Source: a virus
Reading direction: 5' to 3' (one strand)
DNA length: 64,000 bases
IMG/VR virus record: IMGVR_UViG_3300024999_000041
Coordinates: 32,001-96,000 of that record
Position numbers and translations under genes: made by a program. Each line of letters starts with the position of its first letter. The first letter of the stretch is position 1. The notes under the pieces were generated by a model. It was not told the origin of the DNA, made no database searches, and saw nothing but the letters and a program-made list of their open reading frames with translations. This document shows, piece after piece, positions 18,560-27,204 of the stretch.

Positions 18560-18808
18560 TTAAGATATTAATTCATTTAAGTATACTAACTTCTGATATT
18601 CTTCCATAGACTCTAGCTTATAAATATCATACGTGTCAAACAGAACGCTTACTTTTTCTGGAGTGTCGGATAAGTGTGCAAATTGCCAAACAGTGTACTT
18701 ATCTAAAAACCTATGCTGTTCTTTCCTTTTATGAAACACGTAGAAGATAGGACTGTCCGTACAAGTTACAGCTTCAGATAATGATTCCATGTTATCTAAT
18801 TGTATCAT
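18560..18808 (-). CDS. EL[VIT]-tag family small protein
   Basis: Start moved to ATGA overlap; ends LVYLNELIS. Confidence 0.7.
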   Translation of the reverse strand: MIQLDNMESLSEAVTCTDSPIFYVFHKRKEQHRFLDKYTVWQFAHLSDTPEKVSVLFDTYDIYKLESMEEYQKLVYLNELIS

Positions 18809-19053
18809 CCGATGAGTTCCTTCATACACTTAAGCTTTGTCTTCTCTTCCTCAGACTCTATCTCGTAGATATCATATATGTCAAAGAATCCAGAGTAGCC
18901 TTGAAGGAATGTACCCATGCCATCTGTCAGTCTGTAAGAAGTCCATTTCATTATTCTCTTCTTATTAGTTATGCTTATCCAATTGTCTTTCTTCCTGACA
19001 GTGTAGTAGTGTTTCTTATATTTGATATCAGCCTTATTAAATATTTGTATCAT
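18805..19053 (-). CDS. EL[VIT]-tag family small protein
   Basis: Ends LKCMKELIG. Confidence 0.75.
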   Translation of the reverse strand: MIQIFNKADIKYKKHYYTVRKKDNWISITNKKRIMKWTSYRLTDGMGTFLQGYSGFFDIYDIYEIESEEEKTKLKCMKELIG

Positions 19054-19379
19054 GTTGTAAGTTCCTTTACATACTTGAGAGTATTAAGAAATCTTTTAAC
19101 TGCTCTAAGGGATTTAAACTCGTAGATAGAATTCCAATTCTCTATCGTAAGATGATATCTGTCGTAAATCTGACCAGACCAGTTCCTGAAAGTATCGAAG
19201 CTTTCCTTACAATAGTATGTATAGATGTTTAAATCTAAAGTAATTTCATTACAAATAAAAGTACGTTCTCCAACCTTATGATACAACTCTCCAGCAGAAG
19301 AATATCCCTCTGGGTTATTTCTTAGTACCAGATATAACCTGTCCTCTTTAATATTAATCTTAGGAATAAACTCTTTCAC
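19050..19379 (-). CDS. EL[VIT]-tag family small protein
   Basis: Ends LKYVKELTT. Confidence 0.75.
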   Translation of the reverse strand: MKEFIPKINIKEDRLYLVLRNNPEGYSSAGELYHKVGERTFICNEITLDLNIYTYYCKESFDTFRNWSGQIYDRYHLTIENWNSIYEFKSLRAVKRFLNTLKYVKELTT

Positions 19380-19684
19380 GATATTAACTCCAGCATACTG
19401 TCTAATGAATCTCTCACTTCATCAACTTCTTTCGTACTATCTATTTCGTATATAGAATAGTCTCCATGTCCATAGTTCTTTCCATGATTGAATAAATGTA
19501 ACAGTTGACTATCGTTGAACTTATGACGATTGTTATTCACTGGTGTGTTAGCATGCCATACGAGATAATGTAAGAATGTTCTTATTACATTAGTAGGCTT
19601 ATATCCTTTATAAGAACGATAAGTATACACATATACTTTATCTCTGTTCAGTTCTTTTATAGGTAATTCTAATAATCTTATCAT
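19376..19684 (-). CDS. EL[VIT]-tag family small protein
   Basis: Start moved to ATGA overlap (MIRLL); ends LDSMLELIS. Confidence 0.7.
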   Translation of the reverse strand: MIRLLELPIKELNRDKVYVYTYRSYKGYKPTNVIRTFLHYLVWHANTPVNNNRHKFNDSQLLHLFNHGKNYGHGDYSIYEIDSTKEVDEVRDSLDSMLELIS

Positions 19685-19917
19685 GATACTAATTCTTTCA
19701 TCATTATAATAGTATTTGCTTCCTCCTCTGTTATCTCTACCATAGTATCCCTCCATATATTAATGCTACTAAGGCTCTCCACATTAGGGAAATGGGTTTC
19801 TCTCCACCTTACCTCCCCCTCTATTTTCTCACAAACTTCTACATTTCTGATTCCTCCCGAGTTCCATCTAAAGAATCCAAAAGGGAAAGTTATATTTGAT
19901 TTAAAATATCTTACCAT
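19681..19917 (-). CDS. EL[VIT]-tag family small protein
   Basis: Ends EEANTIIMMKELVS. Confidence 0.75.
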   Translation of the reverse strand: MVRYFKSNITFPFGFFRWNSGGIRNVEVCEKIEGEVRWRETHFPNVESLSSINIWRDTMVEITEEEANTIIMMKELVS

Positions 19918-20207
19918 GATACTAATTCTACCATAAACTCTTTTGTTTGTCTAGCCACAGTTTCTTTTTCTATTACATCAGCTATAGCACTCGTGATAGC
20001 TTTAGGAAGACTATCTCTATGACTCTGTTCCATTCTGGGACTGTAGTATAATCTATCCCAACTACGTACTTCATTGAACAAGTACTCCATAGTGTAAGTA
20101 CCTTTTCTTCTATCGACAAGTCTTAAGTTGTGTACTCTCAGTTCGTTACCTTTATTAAATAGATAATACCTACTCGTCTCGGCTATAAGATTGTATTCGT
20201 TTGACAT
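19911..20207 (-). CDS. EL[VIT]-tag family small protein
   Basis: Ends KEFMVELVSW. Confidence 0.7.
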   Translation of the reverse strand: MSNEYNLIAETSRYYLFNKGNELRVHNLRLVDRRKGTYTMEYLFNEVRSWDRLYYSPRMEQSHRDSLPKAITSAIADVIEKETVARQTKEFMVELVSW

Positions 20208-20216
20208 AGTAATCTC

Positions 20217-20852
20217 CTAGCTAACTTTAGATAAGTATCTTATATGGAACTTCTGGATGTTATATCCTCCAGCATAGATAGCTTGAGTTACCAGAGTTCT
20301 TTCTAATCCAAAGGGTTTCTTAATCTTAAATGTTCCTACCAAGTTTCCTTTACTTAATGCTATGTCGACAGTTTGTACTTCATTTATTTCTACACCGTCG
20401 AAATGTTTAAGAGCGGACTGAAGTAACTTGTATCTTGAATTAAGTATTGATTCGGTAACAGTCATGTCAATAAATCTATCAAGTTGTTTTCTGTTATGTG
20501 CTTCTATTAATTCTTTGTTAGGCTCCCCATAGCAACCATGAGTTCTTCTTCCGTCATGCTTCTTTATACCTAGTTGTTGTAAAGTATACCAACATGATTT
20601 ATAGAACTCTTTATTGAAATGACTTATCTTTAATTGTAGCAATTGAAAATCATGCGGGGAATAATACTCAGAAGTATTTAAGAACTCTCTGTACTTTAAT
20701 TCCCAGTAAGCTTTTATGTCTTGAGCCATCTCATCTTCTTTAACTTTAAAAGAAGAAGTCATCTTCTCGATAAGCTCTTCGTTCAATTGTTTCTTAGTCT
20801 TATCTATTTTATTAGAAAGCTTTTCATTGTTTCTTCTTATATCGTCTAACAT
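20217..20852 (-). CDS. Hypothetical phage protein heading the longest tagged operon
   Basis: AGGAG RBS; C-terminal AGGYNIQKFHIRYL motif. Confidence 0.65.
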   Translation of the reverse strand: MLDDIRRNNEKLSNKIDKTKKQLNEELIEKMTSSFKVKEDEMAQDIKAYWELKYREFLNTSEYYSPHDFQLLQLKISHFNKEFYKSCWYTLQQLGIKKHDGRRTHGCYGEPNKELIEAHNRKQLDRFIDMTVTESILNSRYKLLQSALKHFDGVEINEVQTVDIALSKGNLVGTFKIKKPFGLERTLVTQAIYAGGYNIQKFHIRYLSKVS

Positions 20853-20867
20853 AATAAACTCCTATCG

Positions 20868-20937
20868 CTTAACCTCATAATATAAATATATCATGAATGC
20901 AGTAGGAGTTCAAGTGCATAGATTAATCTTTGTTACA
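20868..20937 (-). promoter_or_regulatory. Early promoter module
   Basis: GCAC-TTGAAC-17-TATATT; TGTAACA half box; AGGTTAAG leader. Confidence 0.6.
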
Positions 20938-21177
20938 TTAGTTTACAAGTTCTTGTATAGTAAGTATTCTAGTTATCTCATCTTCATCTGTTATTATTTT
21001 GAGACCCACAGGAAATTCATCTATTATATCTTCTAGGCTTAAACCCATAGTATGTATAGGACATAAGTATTCTTTCTTGTCATTTAAATATCTATAATGA
21101 ATATTACTCTCACCATAAAAGTATAAACGAGAAAGAGCAGGGTTATAAGGAATATCTACTATAAGTCTTTCAAGCAT
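20938..21177 (-). CDS. EL[VIT]-tag family small protein
   Basis: Ends DEITRILTIQELVN. Confidence 0.75.
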   Translation of the reverse strand: MLERLIVDIPYNPALSRLYFYGESNIHYRYLNDKKEYLCPIHTMGLSLEDIIDEFPVGLKIITDEDEITRILTIQELVN

Positions 21178-21437
21178 TAGTTTACTAACTCCTTCAAGAC
21201 AAGAGCACCGTTGAATTCGTCCTCAGTTAGTTCTTCTACTATGTTTAATTTATCATATAAGTCCTGTATGTAATCACAGTAGGCTCCAGTATACTTATCG
21301 TAATGTTGAAATAAAACATATCCTTTGGGAACAGCTAACTGATGAGGACAGAATTTAACATACTCGAAAAGATTAGACGGGGTTATAAACTTAAAGTATC
21401 TGGGTTTAGTATATTCAAGATACCAATCTAAACTCAT
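21177..21437 (-). CDS. EL[VIT]-tag family small protein
   Basis: Ends DEFNGALVLKELVN. Confidence 0.75.
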   Translation of the reverse strand: MSLDWYLEYTKPRYFKFITPSNLFEYVKFCPHQLAVPKGYVLFQHYDKYTGAYCDYIQDLYDKLNIVEELTEDEFNGALVLKELVN

Positions 21438-21664
21438 CCTTTTATTCTTTCCGCCAGTTCTATTATCTCTTTATTAAATTCGTTCTTACATTCTCCAGAA
21501 CAGATATGGAGTTTGGCTCTGCTTATATGGAAAGTTATCCAGTCGTTATCTTTAATAGTATCTATTATATCTTGAGGGCATGGCTCGTGAGGAGTCTCTA
21601 TGTGTTTACCACACTGGTCGCAATAGATTCTATACAGATATTCGTCATCGTCAAAAACTATCAT
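21434..21664 (-). CDS. Zn-finger hypothetical protein
   Basis: CDQC...CSGEC. Confidence 0.6.
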   Translation of the reverse strand: MIVFDDDEYLYRIYCDQCGKHIETPHEPCPQDIIDTIKDNDWITFHISRAKLHICSGECKNEFNKEIIELAERIKG

Positions 21665-21809
21665 AGTTATATTTGTCCCATCTTCTTCAGGTTCTCGTCA
21701 GACTGTCTCTTGTCTTTAAGTCCCGTTCCTATAAACACTTGTGCTCCATAGGTTTCATCGTAGCCTATGAATAGCAATTCTCTTTTCTTTAAGTCTTCTT
21801 GTTTTGACA

Positions 21810-22079
21810 TTAGTTTATTAACTCCTTCATGCACTTGTATATCTCTGCTTCTTCTTCAGTAACCTTCTGGAATTCCTTTGGATTATTTGTACAACCGTGG
21901 TCTAACAGTTCTCTTAATTCCACTTCTGACACATCACTCCACATAGTAACAGAGAATCCGTTGAAGTAGAATTGTTTCTTGGTAGCTACATCTCTTATCG
22001 CCCATGCTCCTCTACGACAATCGTGGAACAACTCGTCATAATAAACTTCTACTATACTATCGTTAATCTTATAGTACAT
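21810..22079 (-). CDS. EL[VIT]-tag family small protein
   Basis: Ends EEAEIYKCMKELIN. Confidence 0.75.
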   Translation of the reverse strand: MYYKINDSIVEVYYDELFHDCRRGAWAIRDVATKKQFYFNGFSVTMWSDVSEVELRELLDHGCTNNPKEFQKVTEEEAEIYKCMKELIN

Positions 22080-22606
22080 TAGTTTACCAACTCCTGTAGC
22101 ATTATGATTGAATCTATCTTGTCTTCTGAGTTCAACATCTCTTTTACTTCCTCAGTTATATCTTCATCGTTAAGGAACTTCTCCAATGAATTATAGTAAT
22201 AGAATCTTAAGTTGTCGTATAGATTACTACGTATCCTAGAAATTATAAAAGCATCATTAGAGTTGGGGTAACTATAGTAATCAGAATCATCACCAGATAC
22301 AATATTAAATCCTCCTGATTTAGAAAAGGTTATCTTCCACACTTTACCTCCTTTCCAATAAGAACCTTCTTTGTGTATTACAGAAAAAGTTTCATTTGTA
22401 TTATAAAGTTCTTTAATCTTATTATAGCATATTATTACTAAAGCATCAAGTAGTTTGTAACTAAATCTTATCTTATTAGCTTCTTCTTTTATTAACTCAG
22501 GATTATCAATCGCATCTTTAAGCATACCTCGTAGAGAACTATGGCTTCTACAGTTCTCTTCTATTAAAAGTATATCTGCTATTACTTCTGAGTTAGTGTA
22601 ATTCAT
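22079..22606 (-). CDS. EL[VIT]-tag family protein
   Basis: Ends IDSIIMLQELVN. Confidence 0.75.
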   Translation of the reverse strand: MNYTNSEVIADILLIEENCRSHSSLRGMLKDAIDNPELIKEEANKIRFSYKLLDALVIICYNKIKELYNTNETFSVIHKEGSYWKGGKVWKITFSKSGGFNIVSGDDSDYYSYPNSNDAFIISRIRSNLYDNLRFYYYNSLEKFLNDEDITEEVKEMLNSEDKIDSIIMLQELVN

Positions 22607-23072
22607 TAACAGTTCCTAGTTTCCATATTAAATATTTTCTATATTGATTTATAGTTTCTTGTAGAGGTAAGACCGTATTAGTTTCAACAGTACATTTATA
22701 TTCTTTACTGTATCTGAAAGGAGCTTTGTCTGGAACTTTTAAAGTAGAGTCTCCCAGCTTACTTAGTTCTCCTAAGATATACTGGTACTTTAATTTAGTA
22801 GGGTCTTTTAGTTTAACAGTATCTTTGCAGTGGGATAGTAATCTTAGTCCGTACTTATTAATCCACTGTGGATTTTCTTTTATGAACTTTTGAAACTCCT
22901 TACCTTGAGGAATCTTTTTGTCCAGTAAACTATCTAATTCTTTACCACCTAAGACTGAACTTATCATCTGACAGAGTTCTTTTAACATGGTATGACAATA
23001 AGCAGGTTTCATATTATTTATAAGTATCTCCGCAGATTCTACGGGGAACTCAGATAAAATATATAATTGCAT
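22593..23072 (-). CDS. Pyrimidine-dimer glycosylase/endonuclease V-like family protein (divergent)
   Basis: MQLYIL...P..SA..L...MLKELCQMIS N-terminal pattern. Confidence 0.4.
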   Translation of the reverse strand: MQLYILSEFPVESAEILINNMKPAYCHTMLKELCQMISSVLGGKELDSLLDKKIPQGKEFQKFIKENPQWINKYGLRLLSHCKDTVKLKDPTKLKYQYILGELSKLGDSTLKVPDKAPFRYSKEYKCTVETNTVLPLQETINQYRKYLIWKLGTVNELH

Positions 23073-23248
23073 ATTTACTTTCCTTAACGATACGTTCTTA
23101 TAGACTTTGGTACAGATAATTTATCCCTTAATGATTCAATAACTAAAAATTCTTGTTTAGTGTACTCTCTTCGAGATACCGTTCTATTTAAAAGAATTTC
23201 AATAAATAGTTTTTCTTCTGGATTTAAAACCATATTCATCATCTCTCC

Positions 23249-23653
23249 TTAGTTTACAAGTTCTTCCATAACTTTAGATGCGTTCATTATACTATCGACT
23301 TCTGCTCTTCTACGAGAACAATCAAAACATCCTACGTAAGTTATTCTACAGTAGACTTTAACTATAGCTGTAACAACTCCGTCTATGTTTTCGTATGTTA
23401 GTATATTGCTTGTACTGGCTTGGTCGTATTCTATATTAACACAAGCATAACCAGCACTGAAATCTTTAACGTGGTTTCTTAACTCTTCATTATATAAACT
23501 GGAATGATAGTAAACATTGGGTACTACTAAATCTCTGAAGGTAATTTCATTATCTGTCTTAGCAATACATTGTACTGAAGTTCCTCTTGATGGAATGCGT
23601 TCTCTCTTTTTTCTTGGGGTCATACTTTTACCAGAACATTTAAAACCTATCAT
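23249..23653 (-). CDS. EL[VIT]-tag family protein
   Basis: Ends SKVMEELVN. Confidence 0.7.
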   Translation of the reverse strand: MIGFKCSGKSMTPRKKRERIPSRGTSVQCIAKTDNEITFRDLVVPNVYYHSSLYNEELRNHVKDFSAGYACVNIEYDQASTSNILTYENIDGVVTAIVKVYCRITYVGCFDCSRRRAEVDSIMNASKVMEELVN

Positions 23654-23667
23654 AGTGTTCTCCTTAC

Positions 23668-23916
23668 TTAATACAACTGAGGGATTATTGGTTCTTTAAC
23701 CACTTCAACTTCGGTAGCTTTATAATCGAAGTTACAGAGCATGCCTGTGAAATGAGATTCTACATTCTGTGCATACTTAATCTGACCATAAGCAACTGAG
23801 TTCTTGTTCTCTAAATAATCTGGGTTAGCTTTCTTGTGGTCTTCTATGTATTTTCTAAGTCTTTTAATTTCTTCAGAGATGCTTTCTTTTGTAAAGATGA
23901 TTGCTTTTACTGTCAT
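23668..23916 (-). CDS. Hypothetical protein
   Basis: AAGGAG RBS after promoter. Confidence 0.65.
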   Translation of the reverse strand: MTVKAIIFTKESISEEIKRLRKYIEDHKKANPDYLENKNSVAYGQIKYAQNVESHFTGMLCNFDYKATEVEVVKEPIIPQLY

Positions 23917-23930
23917 AGTGTTCTCCTTGT

Positions 23931-24010
23931 CTTAACCTTATATATTTAGTATAACAAAAGAGGCACCATAAGTCTAGTGTCTCTTTTATATTTATTAAGT
24001 TATTGTTACA
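23931..24010 (-). promoter_or_regulatory. Early promoter module overlapping terminator
   Basis: ACAC-TAGACT-17-TATACT; AAAAGAGACAC/GTGCCTCTTTT hairpin; TGTAAC box; TATAAGGTTAAG leader. Confidence 0.6.
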
Positions 24011-24016
24011 ATAAAT

Positions 24017-24102
24017 GCGTAGAGGGAACAGGGGATACGCATCCGTGCACTGCCTACGTATCTCGTCGGATATTAATTAATACCCTTCAAGTTCCCAAAC
24101 GC
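24017..24102 (-). ncRNA. Candidate three-way-junction RNA element C
   Basis: GGGAAC/GTTCCC, GGGTATT/AATATCC and GATACGTA/TGCGTATC stems; G-U pairs favour the minus strand. Confidence 0.35.
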
Positions 24103-24103
24103 T

Positions 24104-24391
24104 TTATCTACAAGTATATCCTATAACTCTTCCGAGCTGGTCAGTGATTGGAACATAGCCTCCTTGTTCTAAGATGTATGTTGTTCCATAAAGATGAGGT
24201 ACTACACATCCCGTCGGTTGGTATACTTGAACTGGGACAGGATAATAGTTGGTCTGGGGATAATAAGCTTGAGGTTGTTGTGCTCCTATGATTGTAGTAG
24301 GTGCATAGTTAAGGGATAGGGAATTCCCCCTAGCATAAGAAGCCTGAGTAAATCCTAACACTATAAGTAAACTAAGTATTATTCTTTTCAT
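24104..24391 (-). CDS. Secreted Y/P/Q-rich protein
   Basis: Sec-type signal peptide MKRIILSLLIVLGFTQASYA. Confidence 0.6.
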   Translation of the reverse strand: MKRIILSLLIVLGFTQASYARGNSLSLNYAPTTIIGAQQPQAYYPQTNYYPVPVQVYQPTGCVVPHLYGTTYILEQGGYVPITDQLGRVIGYTCR

Positions 24392-24865
24392 CTATATCTC
24401 CTTATATAATTCTTTGAAGTTACTTGTATAATTCTTTTGTTTACTATCCTCTTCATCTAATTTTATTTTATGTTCCTCGTAGATAGGGGATAAAGTATCC
24501 TGTATAGTTTTCAGAAGAGTATACAGTTCGGGGGCACCTAGTTTAGTATCTTTAATAGATATATAATTTTTATTAGCATAGATGTTGAATATCTTTTTAT
24601 TGCCTTTATAAACTGTTAGCTCCTCGTACATGTCTTCCCTACTAAAAGGATTCCCTCTTTTAGCATGTACCCTGATTTTATTATAGCCTTCTATATTTAA
24701 ATCTACATAATAGTTATTCTCACCATCCCAATAGCCATTTACATTTATATACTTATTAGCACATAAGCAATATACCGTGTAGTTGATATCGTTTAGCTGT
24801 TCATATACTTTCTCTTCAATAGTAACTTCAGGTTGAGTTTCTTTTTTCTTAAATATATTAAACAT
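24392..24865 (-). CDS. Hypothetical protein
   Basis: Coupled ORF. Confidence 0.6.
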   Translation of the reverse strand: MFNIFKKKETQPEVTIEEKVYEQLNDINYTVYCLCANKYINVNGYWDGENNYYVDLNIEGYNKIRVHAKRGNPFSREDMYEELTVYKGNKKIFNIYANKNYISIKDTKLGAPELYTLLKTIQDTLSPIYEEHKIKLDEEDSKQKNYTSNFKELYKEI

Positions 24866-25189
24866 TTAATGACTCCTCTCTATATCTTCGGTAACTCTGT
24901 TGGTTACAGTTTTATATCCAGTAACTATTCCTAAGAATGTAAGAGGCATCCTAGTTTCTTCTAGTTGTAAGAATCCTTTGCAATCATTCTTTTTATTTAT
25001 ATGTATGCAAGTTGTATCCCTTTCAATATCTCTTACAGGTCTTTCTAACGGGCTACCCTTTCTATTACACTCTTCTTTTATTATAACATCAGAGTTGATA
25101 CAATGATAATCATCGTCGTGTATATGAACATAGTTATCATGTATCCTATAACAGTATGCACATTCTTTACAATAAACTTTATCTGCCAT
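24866..25189 (-). CDS. Cys-rich hypothetical protein
   Basis: CKECAYC...C...C...C. Confidence 0.6.
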   Translation of the reverse strand: MADKVYCKECAYCYRIHDNYVHIHDDDYHCINSDVIIKEECNRKGSPLERPVRDIERDTTCIHINKKNDCKGFLQLEETRMPLTFLGIVTGYKTVTNRVTEDIERSH

Positions 25190-25194
25190 GTTAC

Positions 25195-25404
25195 TTATCC
25201 AATCATACTTAATTGTAAAACTGATAATACTCTTTTGTTATTTAAAGTATACAGATGATAATCGTTAGTATATTTAGAGTGAAGTAAGTAGAATCTTTCT
25301 CCCTTACTATTCTCGATTATCTTTTTGAAGATGACAAACTCATGGTCGACAACTTCACATTCTTCTATGAATTTATATATCTTTCCTTTTATCTTGTACT
25401 TCAT
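25195..25404 (-). CDS. Hypothetical protein
   Basis: ATGA overlap. Confidence 0.55.
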   Translation of the reverse strand: MKYKIKGKIYKFIEECEVVDHEFVIFKKIIENSKGERFYLLHSKYTNDYHLYTLNNKRVLSVLQLSMIG

Positions 25405-25712
25405 TTACTAACCGCCAATACGAAACAACCGCAGGAGTTATAAACTTCTATACCTTTGAAGCTTTCGTTTTCGTATTCAGAGAAGTAATCTCTGCTACTT
25501 CCTACGAACCAAGCTCCTACTATTCCTAAAGTATTTTTAGAATAACCGCTTCCTTTTATTTCAACTCTTTTGAAAGAAGAGTCAGCACACGATACTACAC
25601 AATCTTGCATACCATCGAAGTCGGAATCGTTTCTTATATAAAGATTATCCAAGTTCTTTTTGACAAATGATTTAACTGTAGCTAATGTTATTTTCTTAGT
25701 TGTCATATTCAT
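25401..25712 (-). CDS. Hypothetical phage protein
   Basis: SDFDGMQDCV, GAWFVGSSRDYF, YNSCG motifs. Confidence 0.65.
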   Translation of the reverse strand: MNMTTKKITLATVKSFVKKNLDNLYIRNDSDFDGMQDCVVSCADSSFKRVEIKGSGYSKNTLGIVGAWFVGSSRDYFSEYENESFKGIEVYNSCGCFVLAVSK

Positions 25713-25720
25713 CTCCTTGT

Positions 25721-25790
25721 CTTAACCTTATATAATTATATTACCATACATGGTTAGACAATACAAGTGTTATGTAACTAAACTGTTACA
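25721..25790 (-). promoter_or_regulatory. Early promoter module with perfect TGTAAC-N6-GTTACA box
   Basis: ACAC-TTGTAT-17-TAATAT; TATAAGGTTAAG leader. Confidence 0.65.
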
Positions 25791-26169
25791 AACTTATTCT
25801 ATACTTACTGGTTCCAAATGCCGTAATAGTATAACCAAGAAGTTTCAAACACTTAAAGGTTTCACTTGCTAAAGGATTCTCTAACTGTACCTCAATAGTA
25901 TCCTTACCAGAATTAATAGTCTTCTCTAATTCCCATAACAAATATCTGAGTTCGTTCCGATGTAGGTTTGCTCTTACTATATTAGTGATAGCTTCTTGTC
26001 TGAAGAGTACGGGAGGTTCCTTTGCATAGCTACTCTCGTAGAATTCTTTTCCGTATACTTTATCTAACTCCTGAGTACACTCATAGTCTTTGTATATAGT
26101 ATTCCAACTATATAACTCAGGATGTTTATTCATATAGAAATATGCACCGTGTTTATATAACTTAGCCAT
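25786..26169 (-). CDS. Hypothetical protein
   Basis: Co-oriented ORF. Confidence 0.6.
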   Translation of the reverse strand: MAKLYKHGAYFYMNKHPELYSWNTIYKDYECTQELDKVYGKEFYESSYAKEPPVLFRQEAITNIVRANLHRNELRYLLWELEKTINSGKDTIEVQLENPLASETFKCLKLLGYTITAFGTSKYRISL

Positions 26170-26267
26170 TATGTTTTCCTTTCGGTTTCTTTAATTCAAT
26201 TACTTTTCCACATGCTTCACAGTAGAAACAATCTTTTATTATAGTTGTCCTAGCAACATTACCACAC

Positions 26268-26444
26268 TTACAATTCATCAGTGCATTCTCCTGAATCTAT
26301 TAAGTCGGTAGCTACTCTTCCGTAATGTCCTTGCAACTGCCATACTAATTTACTATCTATTAAATCTTGGAACAGTTCTACTATCTCTTCGTTATCAAGT
26401 TCGCCTTGTTCATAAGCAATGATTCTATCTACATAATCTGCCAT
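26268..26444 (-). CDS. 58-aa phage protein
   Basis: MADYVDRIIAYEQGEL...ELFQDLID..LVWQLQGHYGRVA; below ORF-track cutoff. Confidence 0.6.
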   Translation of the reverse strand: MADYVDRIIAYEQGELDNEEIVELFQDLIDSKLVWQLQGHYGRVATDLIDSGECTDEL

Positions 26445-26758
26445 TAGTTACTAAGCTCCTCTAACTTCTTATTAATCTTTTCTTGTACTCTTTCTTTACT
26501 ATCATTGGAATTATTAATCTGAATTACTTTAAATCCTTTATTGCAAAGTTCTTTATTAATCTTAGATAGGTACTCAGATGTATATTCAAAATTCCTAGCT
26601 TCTTTCTTTCCGTACTTCTCTATGAACTCAACACCGTTGATTACAGAAACATAACCAGATAAATCTTTAATACCGAAATTAATTAGTAGCATCCATCTGT
26701 CTCTAAGGGAGATTGTTATTCCAGCTTTTCTTAAGTCTTCTAATGTTTTTAAACTCAT
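26444..26758 (-). CDS. Hypothetical protein with tag-like end
   Basis: Ends NKKLEELSN. Confidence 0.6.
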   Translation of the reverse strand: MSLKTLEDLRKAGITISLRDRWMLLINFGIKDLSGYVSVINGVEFIEKYGKKEARNFEYTSEYLSKINKELCNKGFKVIQINNSNDSKERVQEKINKKLEELSN

Positions 26759-26774
26759 AAAGTATCTCCTACTG

Positions 26775-26843
26775 CTTAACCTTATATAATAAGGTTATCA
26801 TATCTCATATATGAATACAAGTGTTTGTAAAGTTATTGTTACA
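26775..26843 (-). promoter_or_regulatory. Early promoter module with TGTAAC-N6-TTTACA box
   Basis: ACAC-TTGTAT-17-TAACCT; TATAAGGTTAAG leader. Confidence 0.65.
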
Positions 26844-27204
26844 ACTTATTGATTTGTTCTTTTAGTTTCTGGAAACAGGATTTACATAAGTCGAAAGTAT
26901 ATTCACCAGTAGGATTAATACTTATAGAATAAGATATAGTGTTCTCACATTCATAAACATTACAGATACATCTAGGATAATCGTTACGAGTTACTTTCAT
27001 AATACTACCCTTCGGTGTCTATGTAGAATGCTAATCTGTCTATTACTTTCTTGATTGCTCTTCTCATATCATCTTCTTGTCTATGTCCATACTCATTACT
27101 GAACTGGGTCAGGTCTTTCTTTAAAGCAACTAAATCTTTTTCTAACATGATTTTATGTCCTTATCTATATAATAACTTATATAATTATATTATCATATAA
27201 CGTA

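Noticed and set aside
3775-23653. Stop-codon reassignment fragmenting long genes into small ORFs
   Set aside because: Core genes are full length in code 11, all three stops are used, and most neighbours change frame through 4-bp overlaps
3775-23653. Integron cassette array or CRISPR array
   Set aside because: No intergenic attC-like palindromes, no identical DNA repeats with spacers, and no integrase or cas gene in the window
3775-23653. Tag as purely a Shine-Dalgarno/coupling artefact
   Set aside because: It probably contributes in some genes, but synonymous codon variation, the upstream helix pattern and persistence in uncoupled genes argue for protein-level selection
24392-24865. Tag-family membership for ORFs ending FKELYKEI (also 21434 IIELAERIKG and 47680 FLKEICE)
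   Set aside because: Poor match in spacing or residues; the endings can be explained by an embedded AAGGA(G) RBS
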